From Utricularia gibba (lineage: Eukaryota > Plantae > Magnoliophyta), in assembly GCA_002189035.1 (NCBI GenBank), contig NEEC01000336.1, positions 1 through 17,587 of the forward strand: 17,587 nucleotides of DNA. The letters run 5' to 3'. The position numbers and the translations under genes were made by a program. Shown one piece after another: positions 1 through 11,049 of this stretch. Every line of letters begins with the position of its first letter. The stretch's first letter is position 1. The notes under the pieces are model-generated. The model had not been told where the DNA came from, searched no databases, and worked only from the letters and a program-made list of their open reading frames with translations.

Positions 1-494
1 GAAAAACACTCTTTGACAAGAAAAATCTGTTTGCAATAGAAGAATTCCCTGGTTGTTGGGTTGGTAGGTTCATTGCTTCTCTAATATTTTGGAGAGAAAG
101 GAATTATATAGACATCAAATCTTTTCCATTCTTTATTCACTTTAGTCTCTCATGCCTGCCATAGTTAGTTGCATATGTTGCGATCCTCTTGCATTTTTTT
201 TTTCACCAACCTTCCTTATTCTTCCTCTGCATTTAGACATGAAATTCATGTTTCACCCTTGTACTCATAACAACTTGGTTAGATAATGCGGCACAACGTA
301 AATGGGCTCCACATTCATGGGCTTAGATGAACAATAAAACCACCCTACACTTGGACTCAAGAAAAAATGGCCCAAATTGCATTTTTTAAAAAAATAACTT
401 GATCAAAGAGCATTTTGGCATTTTCCCTATTCTAGTTTACATAATCCTAAACATTGAAATTTACTCAAATAAGTTGAAATATGATGCAACATCA
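1..494 (-). mobile_element. E0: 5' (U3) part of an Athila-like LTR, inserted into the RT of E1
   Basis: The minus strand begins TGATGTTGCATC at 494, and RT-coding sequence starts immediately at 495. Minus-strand blocks resemble the E2 LTR (AGCCCATTTACGTTGTGCCGCATTATCTAACCA near 275-310 vs AGCCCATTTAGGTTAGGCCATGTTATCTAATCA near 7920-7950). TATA-like TCTATATAA at 104-112 (-). Candidate TSD GACTA (495-499); its partner is outside the window. Confidence 0.6.
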
Positions 495-2200
495 GACTAA
501 ACTTGTTTTGAACTATGAGAAAGATCACTTCATGATAGAATAATGTATCATCTTAGGACATGTTTCCTATAAAAGCATTGAGGTTGAAAAGGCCAAGATT
601 GAGGTAATCCGAAAATTACCTTATCCCACTTGTATAAGAGATGTACATTCTTTCCTTGGACATGTTGGATTTTATCATAGATTTATTTAGGATTTTTCAA
701 AAATTGCATCTCTTTTGTGTGCTTTATTGCATAAAGATTTGAGTTTTACTTCGATGGAAATGTAAAATTGATTTTGATATTTTGAAAGAAAAGTTTGTTT
801 CAACTCTCATTATCCAGGCCCCAAATTGGAGTCTACCATTTGAATTAATGTGTGATGCAAGTGATATAGCTCTAGGTATGGTTTTGGGACAAAAGGTGGA
901 GGAGAAATCTCATATTATCCACTTTGCGTCCAAGTACCTTGATGATGCCCAAGAGAGGATGCAAGAATCTAGATGCAGATCACTTCTGCTAGATCACTTT
1001 TGAAGAAAAATCAAGTCTTATCGATGATCAATGATGACAGACCATGGTACGCTGACATCATGAATTATTTATTGACTATGCCATTTCCTATAGATTTTCA
1101 GCACTAATAGAAGGAAAAACATAAGAGTGACAACCTAAATTTCATTTGGGACAATCCATATCTTTGGAAAACTGATGTTGATCAAATTATTAGGTAATGC
1201 ATCTCTCAAGATGAAGTGCACTCCATTCTCACCCATTGTCATGAGTTACCTTGCAGTGGATACTTGGGCACAAAAATCACTGTAAAAAAGGTCTTGGAAG
1301 CTGGATTTTATTGGCCTACAATATTGAAGGATTCTTACATTCATTGCAAGGCGTGCTCAAATTATCAACAAGGAGGAAATTTGGTATAAAAGGATCAAAT
1401 GCTCCTTCAACCCATTATCATGTGTGAAATCTTTGATGTATGAGGCTTCGACTTTATGAGACCATTTCTCCTCACTCAAGGAAAACCCTATATTCTACTT
1501 GTTGTAGATTATGTTTTTAAATGGCTCGAAGCCATTGCTTGTGAGAGAGATGATGCAAAAACTGAGGGACACTTCTTGACTACTATGTTATTCCCAGGTT
1601 TGGACATCCCACAATTATTATCTCTGATTGTGGCACCATTTTGTTAATCATGACATCAAGAGTGCCCTAGCCAAGTATGGAGTCAACAACCACCTATCCA
1701 CAGCTAGATATCCTCAAATAGGGAAGTGAAGAGGATCTCAGAGTGGACCATGAACCCAAATAGGGGAGATTGGAGCTTAAGGCTCAATAATACACTATGG
1801 GCATACCATACTTCTTACAAGAATTCTATAGAGATGTCTCCATACTGCGTGATCTATGGTAAGACATGTCATCTTCCTTTTGAACTTCATCACAGGGCAT
1901 ACTGTGTCATCAAGTCATGCAACATGGCTAGTGAGAAAGTTAGATAGAACAGGTTGTTGGACTTAAGTGAGTTGAAGGAAATTCTCCTCAATGCCTACAT
2001 CAACCAGCTTTTGCTCAAGGAAAAGGTAAAACGCTTCTATGATAGTAAGTCACTATAGAAGATATTTTTAGTTAGTCAAAAAGTTCTTTTGTTTGAGACT
2101 ACTTTGAACTTTTTTTCTTCTAGTGTTATTATTATTCGTTCATTTGAGATAGAGAAAAGCATTAAGGTCAATGGACATTGACTGAAGCCATTTTATGAGA
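495..2200 (+). pseudogene. pol: E1 pol remnant: RT C-terminus, partial RNase H, integrase
   Basis: KLVLNYEKDHFM..ILGHV (RT); PNWSLPFELMCDASDIALGMVLGQK...ASKYLDDAQ (RNase H, ORF 782-1003); [61 protein letters not shown] (integrase). Many stops and frameshifts. Confidence 0.92.
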
Positions 2201-2416
2201 ACTTCTAGCCACACACTGTGTGTTGCTTATGGCTAGTCGAGATTCATTAACAAGTTATAGTTAGCCAAGGACTACAAATTGATGCTGCATGGGAGGCAAC
2301 TTTAATCCACCACTTTCCCTCATTTTTAGTGCCCATTACACCAGGTTACTGTAATTCCACCAACCCCACACACTGACTTTCTCTTTTAACCGTTCCACAC
2401 TCAATCTCCTTTTTAG

Positions 2417-3677
2417 CTTTTCAAATCCAATCGTTACCTTCCTCACCGTTGTAACACACACCACAATAGTGAGCCCACAGCCTCAATATTGGAGGAACCT
2501 GGTAAAGAAGAGGGTAAAGAAAAAGAAGGTGTGATTTTGTATTCATCCCCTTCCCTAGTGCAGGATGAAGACGCCCTTGAAGAGATCATCATGGATGGGC
2601 CATGCTTAGAGTTCCTACTGGGCGAATAGGATGTTGATGAAGCATCCAAGCCCACACAAAGTGGTAAAGCACAGCGTGGTCATACAAAATTCTGGCGAGA
2701 CCAAGCCTTGGAATCTCTTGCTTCGACTCAGCTGAATAATACTGTGAGATTTTCAGATAAAAATGCTCAACTCATGTTTAATCTTTTGACTTCTCATAGA
2801 ATTTTGTTTGATTTCAAATTGTATACTCCTACCTTGGTGCACTTAAACTTGCTTGCTAATATTAACCATTTATTTGATCCTTCTCCTGAATGGCGTAGAT
2901 TTTTTGAAATTAGTTTGTGTGTTTATCCCAAACTTGTGTTTGAATTCTATACTATGTTTGTGTTTAAGGATGTTGTAGGTAACCCTATTGTTGAGGAGTT
3001 GATTTCTTTTCGTCTTGGTGGTAAACATTTTTGCATGTCTATCAATGATTTTGATGTGGCTTCAGGCTTTATTTCTGAATCTGATTTTTCCACTACTTGC
3101 TACCTCCAAGCTTACTGTGATTATCTTGAGCATTTCAATGTGCTTAATGCCGATGCTTCCATGTATGCAAACTCAAGGCCTATTTCTTAAGGGCCCCTGT
3201 TCTTTTATTTCTTAACAAGTATCTGGGAGGTTGTTATAATGCAACTGACAAGGCACTAGCATCATTGTCAAAGTCATTGTGTTTTTCCTATGAGACGTGA
3301 TGAAGAAGCTTCCCATAAATATGGGATGGTGGATTGCTACCCAAATACACTCCATCACTGCCAAAAATGAGAGGGTGCTTCCCCTTGCTTCTCTCATCAC
3401 CAATCCTGCCCAACACCTTAACGTTAATCTAGAAAAGCAGAACCCTCTGGCAAATAATCATTTTCGTTATCTAGACTTAGATTACCTATTTCCTTGCAAT
3501 TACCTAAAGAAAGTTGAGGGAAAGGCTATCTTTGTGCAAGCAGGTATCAAGAGTACCATCACCTCCATGCCTCCATCAATTGTGAATCCCTATGGTGCAC
3601 CACAAGACATCCCACTGAGCACTACACCATCTTGCCCAACCAAGCATACTCTCCGTCTAGCCATTCAAAGCCTCTAG
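2417..3677 (+). pseudogene. E1 ORF2 (Athila extra ORF in the 'env-like' position), disrupted
   Basis: One frame runs from 2417 to about 3165 with a single in-frame TAG (2627-2629): an acidic N-terminus, then WRRFFEISLCVYPKLVFEFY...ISFRLGG. After frameshifts it reads KLKAYFLRAPVLLFLNKYL and MGWWIATQI...LPLASLIT (ORF 3297-3677). These resemble Athila ORF2 motifs as I recall them; no profile search was run. Confidence 0.72.
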
Positions 3678-3798
3678 GAGCAAGTTTTTGTACCCTCTAA
3701 GAAACTAGACACTTTCATTGCTACTAATTTATGCTCCGGCCTGCCCCATGACTAAGGAAACCTCCGCTGGACTTGAGAATGAGGTCATCCTCAAACTT

Positions 3799-3814
3799 AA
3801 GTGTGGGGAAGGAG
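3799..3814 (+). promoter_or_regulatory. Upstream PPT-like motif (PPT1) of E1
   Basis: AAGTGTGGGGAAGGAG just after ORF2. Athila-type elements are known to carry two PPT-like motifs bracketing a 3' non-coding region. Confidence 0.6.
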
Positions 3815-4536
3815 TTTACGTTTCTTTTCAATTTTAATATTTTGTGGGCATTAGGACTCATGTGTTAATGATTGTTGAATTATTTTTCATACTTCATGCT
3901 TCATTTTTCTTTTTTTTGTTGTGAAAAATCCCCGTTATGCTCTTCAAGTATATTTGTTTCCATTATTAAGGGTAAGATTTTAAGAGTGGTCATGTTTAAG
4001 TTCATGAATTCCTTGCTGCTAGGAAAATACTTCAATTATTTTTCTTTCTAAATATCAAGCTCTAATTACATGCTTTAGGAAAGACCATACCATGACTACG
4101 AATCTATTTCCTTTCCTTGTATGTACCATTTTGTGAATAAATTTTTGATGTTCTTATAGTGACTAGACCAAAAAAAAAGAGAAAAAAAATATTAGGTGTG
4201 CGAAAGATAAGATTGTTTGGCAAAACCGTGGTTAACCACCAGGTTTCGTGATCCAAACAATCTCCCTCAAATCGGGGACCTCTCTCGAGTCACTATAGTG
4301 TATGCTATTATTTTTATTTACCCTAATTAAACTAATGTACTAAGTAGTTATTGGTCTATGTCTTTATCTGATGCATGTGTGTTTGAGTGGCCAGCCTTAA
4401 TTTGATTAAAGGGTAGGAAAAAAATTGGAGTAAATACTTGCGGTAGGATGAAGTTGACTCAGTAATGTATCATAACTTAGGTTTTGACTTTTCGTGGATT
4501 GTTATGATTTTCATACTTGAGGACAAGTATGATTTA

Positions 4537-4549
4537 AGTGTGGGAGGAA
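4537..4549 (+). promoter_or_regulatory. PPT (PPT2) preceding the E1 LTR
   Basis: CTTGAGGACAAGTATGATTTAAGTGTGGGAGGAA, the typical Athila 3' end context, followed by an AT-rich LTR-like start. Confidence 0.7.
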
Positions 4550-4551
4550 TA

Positions 4552-5867
4552 TATTAAGCATCATTTCTATATATTAATTATGTATTACTAGATTTTAATT
4601 TAGAATTAAGTCACCCAATTAGGAGTTCTATAAATAACTATTATATTTTTATTAGAAAATTATTATAACTATACTTGTATATATTTTTTGTTGCTTTTCA
4701 TATAGTTTTATCCTAAAGTGGCCCAAGCAATGTTGAAGTGTGATAGGAGACTTGTAATAGACAAAACATTCATATTTTGTTACTTATACATGACTCAGAT
4801 CTATTGTGGGTGGAAGACTCACACTTTTTATGGCTTATGCCTTGCACGCTACTTAGAGCAATTGTGGGCGGAAGACTGACACTAGTCAGGGTCTATGACT
4901 TACGACATGTTAGAGTGTGCAGTAATGATTGGACACTTGCATGAATGGGAAAGTTGGCTACACATGCAAGATAGAAAGAATGATAAAAAGATAGCAGAAA
5001 AAGCAAAGGCACATGGAAGTGAATTAAAGAAAGGAAACACTTTGAATATGACTTTTTTTTTTCTCACTTTACTTTTTGAACTTGAACTTGTTTCTTTTGC
5101 TCCATGAAAGAGAAAATTTTCTTATTTTCATGGCCTTCATGGTTAAACTTTCTTAGTTTCTAGGAATAGATGAAATTTTCTTCAATGTCTTGAGCGGAAA
5201 TCTTGGTTCTTTACTGAATTTCTTTTGGATTTCGCATATTGCCACACATCATATTGCAGTCCTTCTAGAACATCTCCTAGTTACGGTGCATGACTAGCAG
5301 GCCACTCCTAGCGGATTTTGATGAAAAGCAAGATGAAGAGTACCATCTCCAACTCTATTGGTTTGAGGGACATAGTGAATTGTCTCTGATGGGATACCCC
5401 AAGAATTGATGGGTATTGACTTCATACCTGTCATTCGCCATTCACAACAACACACACAGAATTCGGTTTTGGGGGCAATCAACGACAACCCTCTTTTCCT
5501 CTCAATCATCCATGAGGGAACCACATGACGCTATTTCCATGCCTCCTTGTCAATCGGAGTGTAAAGGAGAGTAGATCATTCCATGCTCCTATAACTAGTT
5601 ATTTGGAAGGAATTAATGAAAGGCGAGGATAGAGAAAGTATAATTTCTTTCCTAGGAATTGCTTCCCTTAGTTAAGGTCTATTACTTGTAATATATTCCG
5701 TATTTTAGTATTTTAAAACCCCATTTTACAAACCCATGTTAATTTTTAAAATTTTAGTACAAAACACTTTTCACAATACTCAACTCTCTGAGATCGACAC
5801 TCATACTATATTTATTTGTGTTTTACATTTTTGTAATTAAAATTTGTGTAGGAGACAACATGCAACA
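4552..5867 (+). repeat. E1 LTR (about 1316 bp)
   Basis: Starts TATT (inferred from TGTT) 2 nt after the PPT and ends GCAACA. Contains the U5 motif CTCTCTGAGATCGACAC (about 5784-5800) and a 23-bp direct repeat pair (4803-4825 and 4861-4883, 2 mismatches). Boundaries inferred without a partner LTR. Confidence 0.62.
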
Positions 5868-5873
5868 AATTTT

Positions 5874-5891
5874 TGATGTCGTTTCCGAGCA
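5874..5891 (+). promoter_or_regulatory. Decayed tRNA-Asp primer binding site
   Basis: TGATGTCGTTTCCGAGCA matches TGGCGCCGTTGCCGGGGA at 12/18, and 4 of the 6 mismatches are C>T or G>A. It follows the LTR end after an AATTTT spacer. Confidence 0.55.
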
Positions 5892-5924
5892 GTTGTGTAT
5901 TTTTGTGTTTAGTGTTATGTATAG

Positions 5925-5985
5925 TTTTTCTTTTTCTTTTTTCTTTCTTTCTTTCTTTCTTCTTCTTCTTTTGTTTTTGTTTTTC
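5925..5985 (+). repeat. Pyrimidine-rich microsatellite (TTTC)n/(TTC)n
   Basis: Directly visible run TTTTTCTTTTTCTTTTTTCTTTCTTTCTTTCTTTCTTCTTCTTCTTTTGTTTTTGTTTTT. Confidence 0.85.
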
Positions 5986-5999
5986 TGCTATGCTTTTCT

Positions 6000-7088
6000 C
6001 TTTTTATGCATTCAGCTTCACGGAAGGTCCACCAAAGCTTGAGATCATACCAAGAATCCTTGTGTCCCTTAAACTAAAGATAAGAGGTCTATTTGGTCTT
6101 AATCTTGTAAAATCGGCAAAAGGTAGCTACCTCCTTTACCAACCTCACTAGATTTAAGTTCCTCAACCATTTCTTTTCATTTACTCATCCTTGAACCATC
6201 TAGTGGCTATTATTCCAAAAAGAGTTGCCTCAAAACATGCTTTACATAATGAAGTGCATGTCCACAACTTCCTCAAAGAGTTCTTAATCAATCATAACAT
6301 TCTGCCCCACAAATAAATTAAAAATGGCAAGACAATTATGTTGAAAACTTGCTTTTGGAACCCTTTTCCTTGTTTAAAACTACAAAATATATCATTGGAA
6401 AGCTAAGGATTAGAACTTTCTATAGAATAAAACAGCATCGAAGTTCAACCATCAAGTCATAAGTTATGAATGTTTTTATAAAGTGGACTCACAAAAATAG
6501 TTTCAGATAGAGTGAACTTCTTGATCCAAGATCCAAACTGAGCAAACATTTTTGAGTAAGCGACCTAACTCAAGGATAAAAAACATTCATGTTCATCGTA
6601 TAATAAAATCATAGTAAATAAGCCAATCGAATATATAGATAGTCAAATAATAGTAGAATTAAATAGAAAACACACAGTAGAATCTTAGAACCCAACATTC
6701 TACCCACACTTGACCAAATTTAATCATTTCAAAGCTGAAACCTTCCATTTGATCCCTACTTGGCTCCTACAAAATATTTGGATTTTAGGACACTCAATTT
6801 GCTTACCACAAATTTATTCTCACAACATTGGAGTATGCTCACTCTTTTTTTCCAACTTGTTGTTCATCAGTTTTTTTCGGTTTTTGGAGCTTATGAGTTT
6901 CAAAGCTTAATTTTCATCCTTATACCACGTCAATTGATCCTTATCCTCATTACAATGGTATCTTAACTCTCTTTTGTCACCTTGACATTGGCCAAAATGT
7001 GGCTACCACATTGGTGCAACCATTTTCACTTATTTCCATTTCCTTTTTTCCTCATTCCTTGTCTAAATTTGGAAAAAATGTTGGTTTT
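6000..7088 (-). mobile_element. Unclassified LTR-retrotransposon remnant (3' non-coding region plus LTR start)
   Basis: Minus-strand PPT-to-TG junction motifs CAAGTGTGGGTAGAA|TGTTGGG (TG at 6697) and TTTGTGGGGCAGAA|TGTTATG (TG at 6299). No coding similarity recognised; boundaries uncertain. Confidence 0.35.
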
Positions 7089-8166
7089 TGATTCAGTGAA
7101 AATTCTGTAAGTATCGCATGTCTATAGGTTTTCTTCATCATATATAACTTGTATTCTAAAACAATAAAACCATATACAATTCATAAGGAAATTAATGTTG
7201 CTATAGTAAGTTTGGGTCAATCCATAGAGAGCACACGATTTTTAATTGTTGGTATTACACGCAAGCTAGATTAAATAATGAGGTTTATCTAGAAGTGGAA
7301 AAAAATTAATGTTGCACCAATAAGTTTAGGGAGATTCACAGAAAGTACATGGTTTTTAGTTGTATGTCCTACACATAAGTTGGTTTAAATAGAAGGGTTT
7401 ATCTGAAATTAGGTTTCCACTTTAACTAAATTCATCAAATTCTTCTACAGGCTTCTAAATTAAAAAACAAAAAAAAGTCTAAATAGACATTTCAATAGCT
7501 GATGGTTGATTTTTCATTTTAAATAGGAATTTAATTGAATGAAAACAAGTAAAATTTAATGGTTAGGATTAAATCCGGTTCTAGAGTCATACTCATGAAC
7601 AATAATAAAATCATAAGTTGCAAGATCTTCATTCGAAGAGAACAAGCAATCCAATTAGTTGCTAAAAGTAGGAAATGTTAATGTCATGCAAGTGTAGGAA
7701 GTAAAAAGTGCAAGAAATAAAGATGCAGAAAATAAAATGTTCAACAGATTCTCCATCATTGCAATTAGAGTTGCCAGTATTATGCCTCTTAGCTTTAGGA
7801 GATCTCTTTATCTTCTTTTCTAACCCTTGTTTAGAAAATCTCCTTTATTTTTAATTAAGCTTTTCATATAGACCTGTAATTCCACTTTTGTCTCTGTTCT
7901 AAAAATATCTTTACAAACTGATTAGATAACATGGCCTAACCTAAATGGGCTGGACCCATATAGACTCTGAGGAATAGTCTGCCCACATTAGCATCAGATT
8001 AAATGGAAATTGGTCCTATTCAAGTTTAATCCACGTAAAATTGGAGTCCATGCTCTTTGGGATATTTTGCTCCTAATTCAAGCATTTATGCAATATTTTT
8101 ACTAAAATCTAATTATAAAAATATTAGAATAAAACACCATATCACATTATCCTATAACGATAATTA
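7089..8166 (-). repeat. E2 3' LTR (about 1078 bp)
   Basis: The minus strand starts TAATT (inferred TGATT) right after a PPT-like motif and ends GAATCA at 7089, giving an inferred 5-bp TGATT/AATCA terminal repeat. U5 motif CTCTCTATGGATTGACCC at about 7214-7231. Candidate TSD GTTTT (7084-7088). Confidence 0.62.
7190..7404. repeat. Diverged tandem duplication, period 114 bp, within the E2 LTR
   Basis: AATTAATGTTGC...GGTTTATCT occurs at 7190-7290 and 7304-7404. An ungapped manual alignment gives about 73/101 identity. Confidence 0.82.
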
Positions 8167-8167
8167 A

Positions 8168-8184
8168 CTTGTCCCACAGTCTTA
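8168..8184 (-). promoter_or_regulatory. PPT-like motif of E2
   Basis: Minus-strand AAGACTGTGGGACAAG immediately before the inferred LTR start. A second upstream motif, CAGGTGTGGGAATT, lies at about 9073-9086 (-). Confidence 0.5.
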
Positions 8185-9289
8185 TTCATGACCTAGACTA
8201 GACAATTGATATAGGGTGAATCCTCATTGTATTTGAGTACCTAGCGTGACAGTATGGCATGCAAAGCAGAGTTCTAGAGCAAATGAATGCAAGGTCAACA
8301 CTCTTGCAACACTTAAAGTAATGACCTTAGTGTACAAAATCCATCTACTCATAGTTTGGGCTTTTTTAGCACCCGACACTAACCAGATTCAACCTTTTAT
8401 CCAACTTACAGTCCAATATGAGAGGTTTGCCATCTTTTTCAAAACAAACTAGGGATCTTCGAATGATAGCCTAGTGCCTTTCTCTTACATCTCCTATTCC
8501 TTATTACTCCAAGCCATATTGCTCCAAGCAACTAATCCCCCACTTCGAGTTTCCCTCTCTTATTACTTTTACAACATGGCTTTTCATGTGTGCCCATCTT
8601 TTAGCTTCTCGAAACTTTTCTCTATAGATTGCAACAGCCAAATACAAGATGGCCTAAGTCTACCCCAATAGTGGTTCAAGTGACCTAATAACTGAGGATG
8701 GACCACACACATTAGGAGTGACACACAATTCTAGTGCTCTAATTTTTTTTGAAATTGAAAATAAAAGAATTGAAATCAAAATAAGTGTAGATCTCAAGTA
8801 CAACTAGTGTGTGCCCACTAACTTGATTGATACTAAAAACTATTGAGGGTTCAACCATGACAAGGGTAAATTGCCTCATGCAACTATGCTATAGACAATT
8901 AATAAAAAGAACAAAACATTCTAAAAAGTTTAAAGATAATAAAAAGGAAAATTCATTTAGGGGTCAAACTTCGTTATTTGCTTAGGTTGCTCCTAACCTA
9001 GGTGTTAGATTTGCTCCAATTTTTCAACTAATACTACTTCCTCCTTCATGTGATGTGAGCGGGAATTCCATAATTCCCACACCTGACTTGGAAACATCAT
9101 GCAATGGTCTTGAAAAAATAATTCTAGAGAGTTGCACAAAAAAGTAGAAAGAAAATAGAATAAACTATATAAAAGGATATACAGCTAAATCTGGGTTACT
9201 TTTAGTTTAAGGGTAAGACCTCTGTAACTCTTGAGACTTATCGTCCATATAGGAGAGATCCTCTCTCTCTATTTTCTATTCATCCTATG

Positions 9290-10460
9290 ATCCTATTTCA
9301 AGATAAAGCTGCAAAATGTGATCATTTATAGCAGAAGATTTAGCATCAGGGCTTTTATCAAATAACTCCACCGAACTGTTGATGTTCACAGATTTCCCCA
9401 TAAGCGGTCGTTCCCATCTGGATTTCAATTTTCCTAGGTGAAGCATGAATTTAGAATGGTACATTAGCACATTCTATCTTGGTTGAAATTCCTTCATTCA
9501 AATTTTGTTGTCATGGCAAGGCTTTATTTGTTCCTTGAAACTACAGTAGTTACTATAACCATTCTATCTCAACTCCCCCAACTCTTACAATTGAAATTTC
9601 CTATCCTCATTATTTACATTGACATCACCACTGAACATATGAGCTGCCCATCTAGTCTTGTGTTCTAGCTCGAATGGCAGATGACAATTCTTTCCATAAA
9701 TTACCTTAAAAGGGGTCATGGCAATCAAAGTTTTGTATGCAATTCAAATTGTGCATAGTGCATCATCCAACCTCATACTCCAATCTTTTCTGAAAATTGA
9801 TAGTTCTCTCCAACACTTGTTTGGTGTCACGATTTGATACTTCAGCTTGCTTGTTGGTTTGGGGATGGTAGGATGAAGCCTTGTACCATACACTCAGAAA
9901 GCCTGATTGAGCATATATATTCTTCTTCAAGAAATCCATTTCAACTCGCATGGGTTGGAATCATCTCGATCCACCTGGAAACATAATCTATACATACTAG
10001 AATGTATTCATACCATGCGAATTAGGAAGTAGACCCATAAAATCAACTCCCTACGCATCAAATATTTCAGTCACAAAAATAGATTGCAAGGACATTTCAT
10101 TATTGTGGGTAATGTTACTTTTTCATTGACATCTATCACAAGCCTTGCAAAAACGAAAACAATGTCAACAAATAGATGGTCAATATTAACCACAGTTAAT
10201 TGCCTTCTTCGCTATTCAATTCGATCCATGGTGATCTACACATATACATGAATGACATAATTCAATTACCTAATTAATCTCATCGTCAAGAAAGCATGTA
10301 CATACAACTTCATCATTGTAATTCTTCCACAAGGATCATCCCGTGTGAAGTACGTGCTGTCGCTTTTTCAGCTTCAATTTTTTGTAGCTCTTCAAATTCT
10401 TACAAAGTTTCCCTGTAGAAAGAAAGCTAGCTATAGTTGCATATCAGGGTTCTCTGATCT
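9290..10460 (-). pseudogene. pol: E2 integrase remnant
   Basis: CKACDRCQ zinc-binding end, DFMG, SSYHPQTNKQAEVSNR, LGKLKSRWERP. Stops are present and the ISDGG catalytic segment appears deleted. Confidence 0.88.
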
Positions 10461-10599
10461 TACTTGAGAGTGAGAAGAAGCTAATTAATTCATCAGGAAA
10501 AGTATGAGCTATCTCCTCTCCATCTATAGGTTTATCTATTCTTTCTGCTCAAGTGATCAATGACACAATTCTCTTTGCTAGGTTTGTCCTTGATTTCCA

Positions 10600-10960
10600 T
10601 CTCAAATACTTGAATTAGCAGCACCACCGAAGCAACATTAGCTTTGCATCTCGCTTTGACATTAGATGTTTAATAGCTACATGGTCGGTATGAACAATGA
10701 TCTTACTTCCAATTAAATAACTCTTGAATGTTTCTTGGGCAAAGACAACAACAAGCATTTCTTTTCTCGTTATCATATAATTTCTTTGAGCGTCATCCAA
10801 TATTTTTGAGGCATAGCTGATCACATGGTTCATTCCATTGATCTTATGACCCAACACCCTGCCTAATGCAAAATTTGATGTATTGCACATGACATGAAAT
10901 GATTCTTTCCAACTTGGGGTTTGCATCACCGTTGTTGTTGTGACTTCTTCTTTCAACTTG
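10600..10960 (-). pseudogene. pol: E2 RNase H remnant
   Basis: ORF 10615-10956: PSWKESFHVMCNTSNFALGRVLG...ASKILDDAQRNY...KIIVHTDHVAIKHLMSKRDAK. Confidence 0.92.
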
Positions 10961-11049
10961 TTGAAAGCTTCTTTGCACTGATCTTCAACTCAAATTTTGC
11001 ATATTATTTAACAATCAATCATGGGTTTAGAAACAATTGAGAAATCCTT

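Larger units (their letters stand above)
495..5867 (+). mobile_element. E1: degenerate Athila-clade Ty3/gypsy LTR retrotransposon, 3' half
   Basis: RT-RNase H-integrase order, an extra ORF downstream of integrase, two AAGTGTGGG polypurine-like motifs, and an LTR-like segment. Confidence 0.85.

Noticed and set aside
4223-4246. Palindrome GTGGTTAACCAC with AAACC/GGTTT flanks
   Set aside because: It is short and single-copy, and I cannot distinguish it from chance without family alignments.
4803-4883. 23-bp repeat pair with a 35-bp spacer as a CRISPR-like array
   Set aside because: There are only two copies, inside a plant LTR, with no cas genes. This fits ordinary U3 repeats.
6041-6052. GATCATACCA as the 5S 5' end, or its complement TGGTATGATC as a tRNA-Met PBS
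   Set aside because: The 10-nt match has no supporting 5S context, and it diverges from TGGTATCAGAGC after 6 nt.
5818-6151. Hydrophobic, Phe-rich ORFs as membrane proteins
   Set aside because: They are translations of the (TTTC)n/(TTC)n microsatellite.
8246-8671. Short plus-strand ORFs (8246-8452, 8474-8671) as host genes
   Set aside because: They lie antisense in the E2 3' non-coding region, use non-ATG starts and show no recognisable domain.
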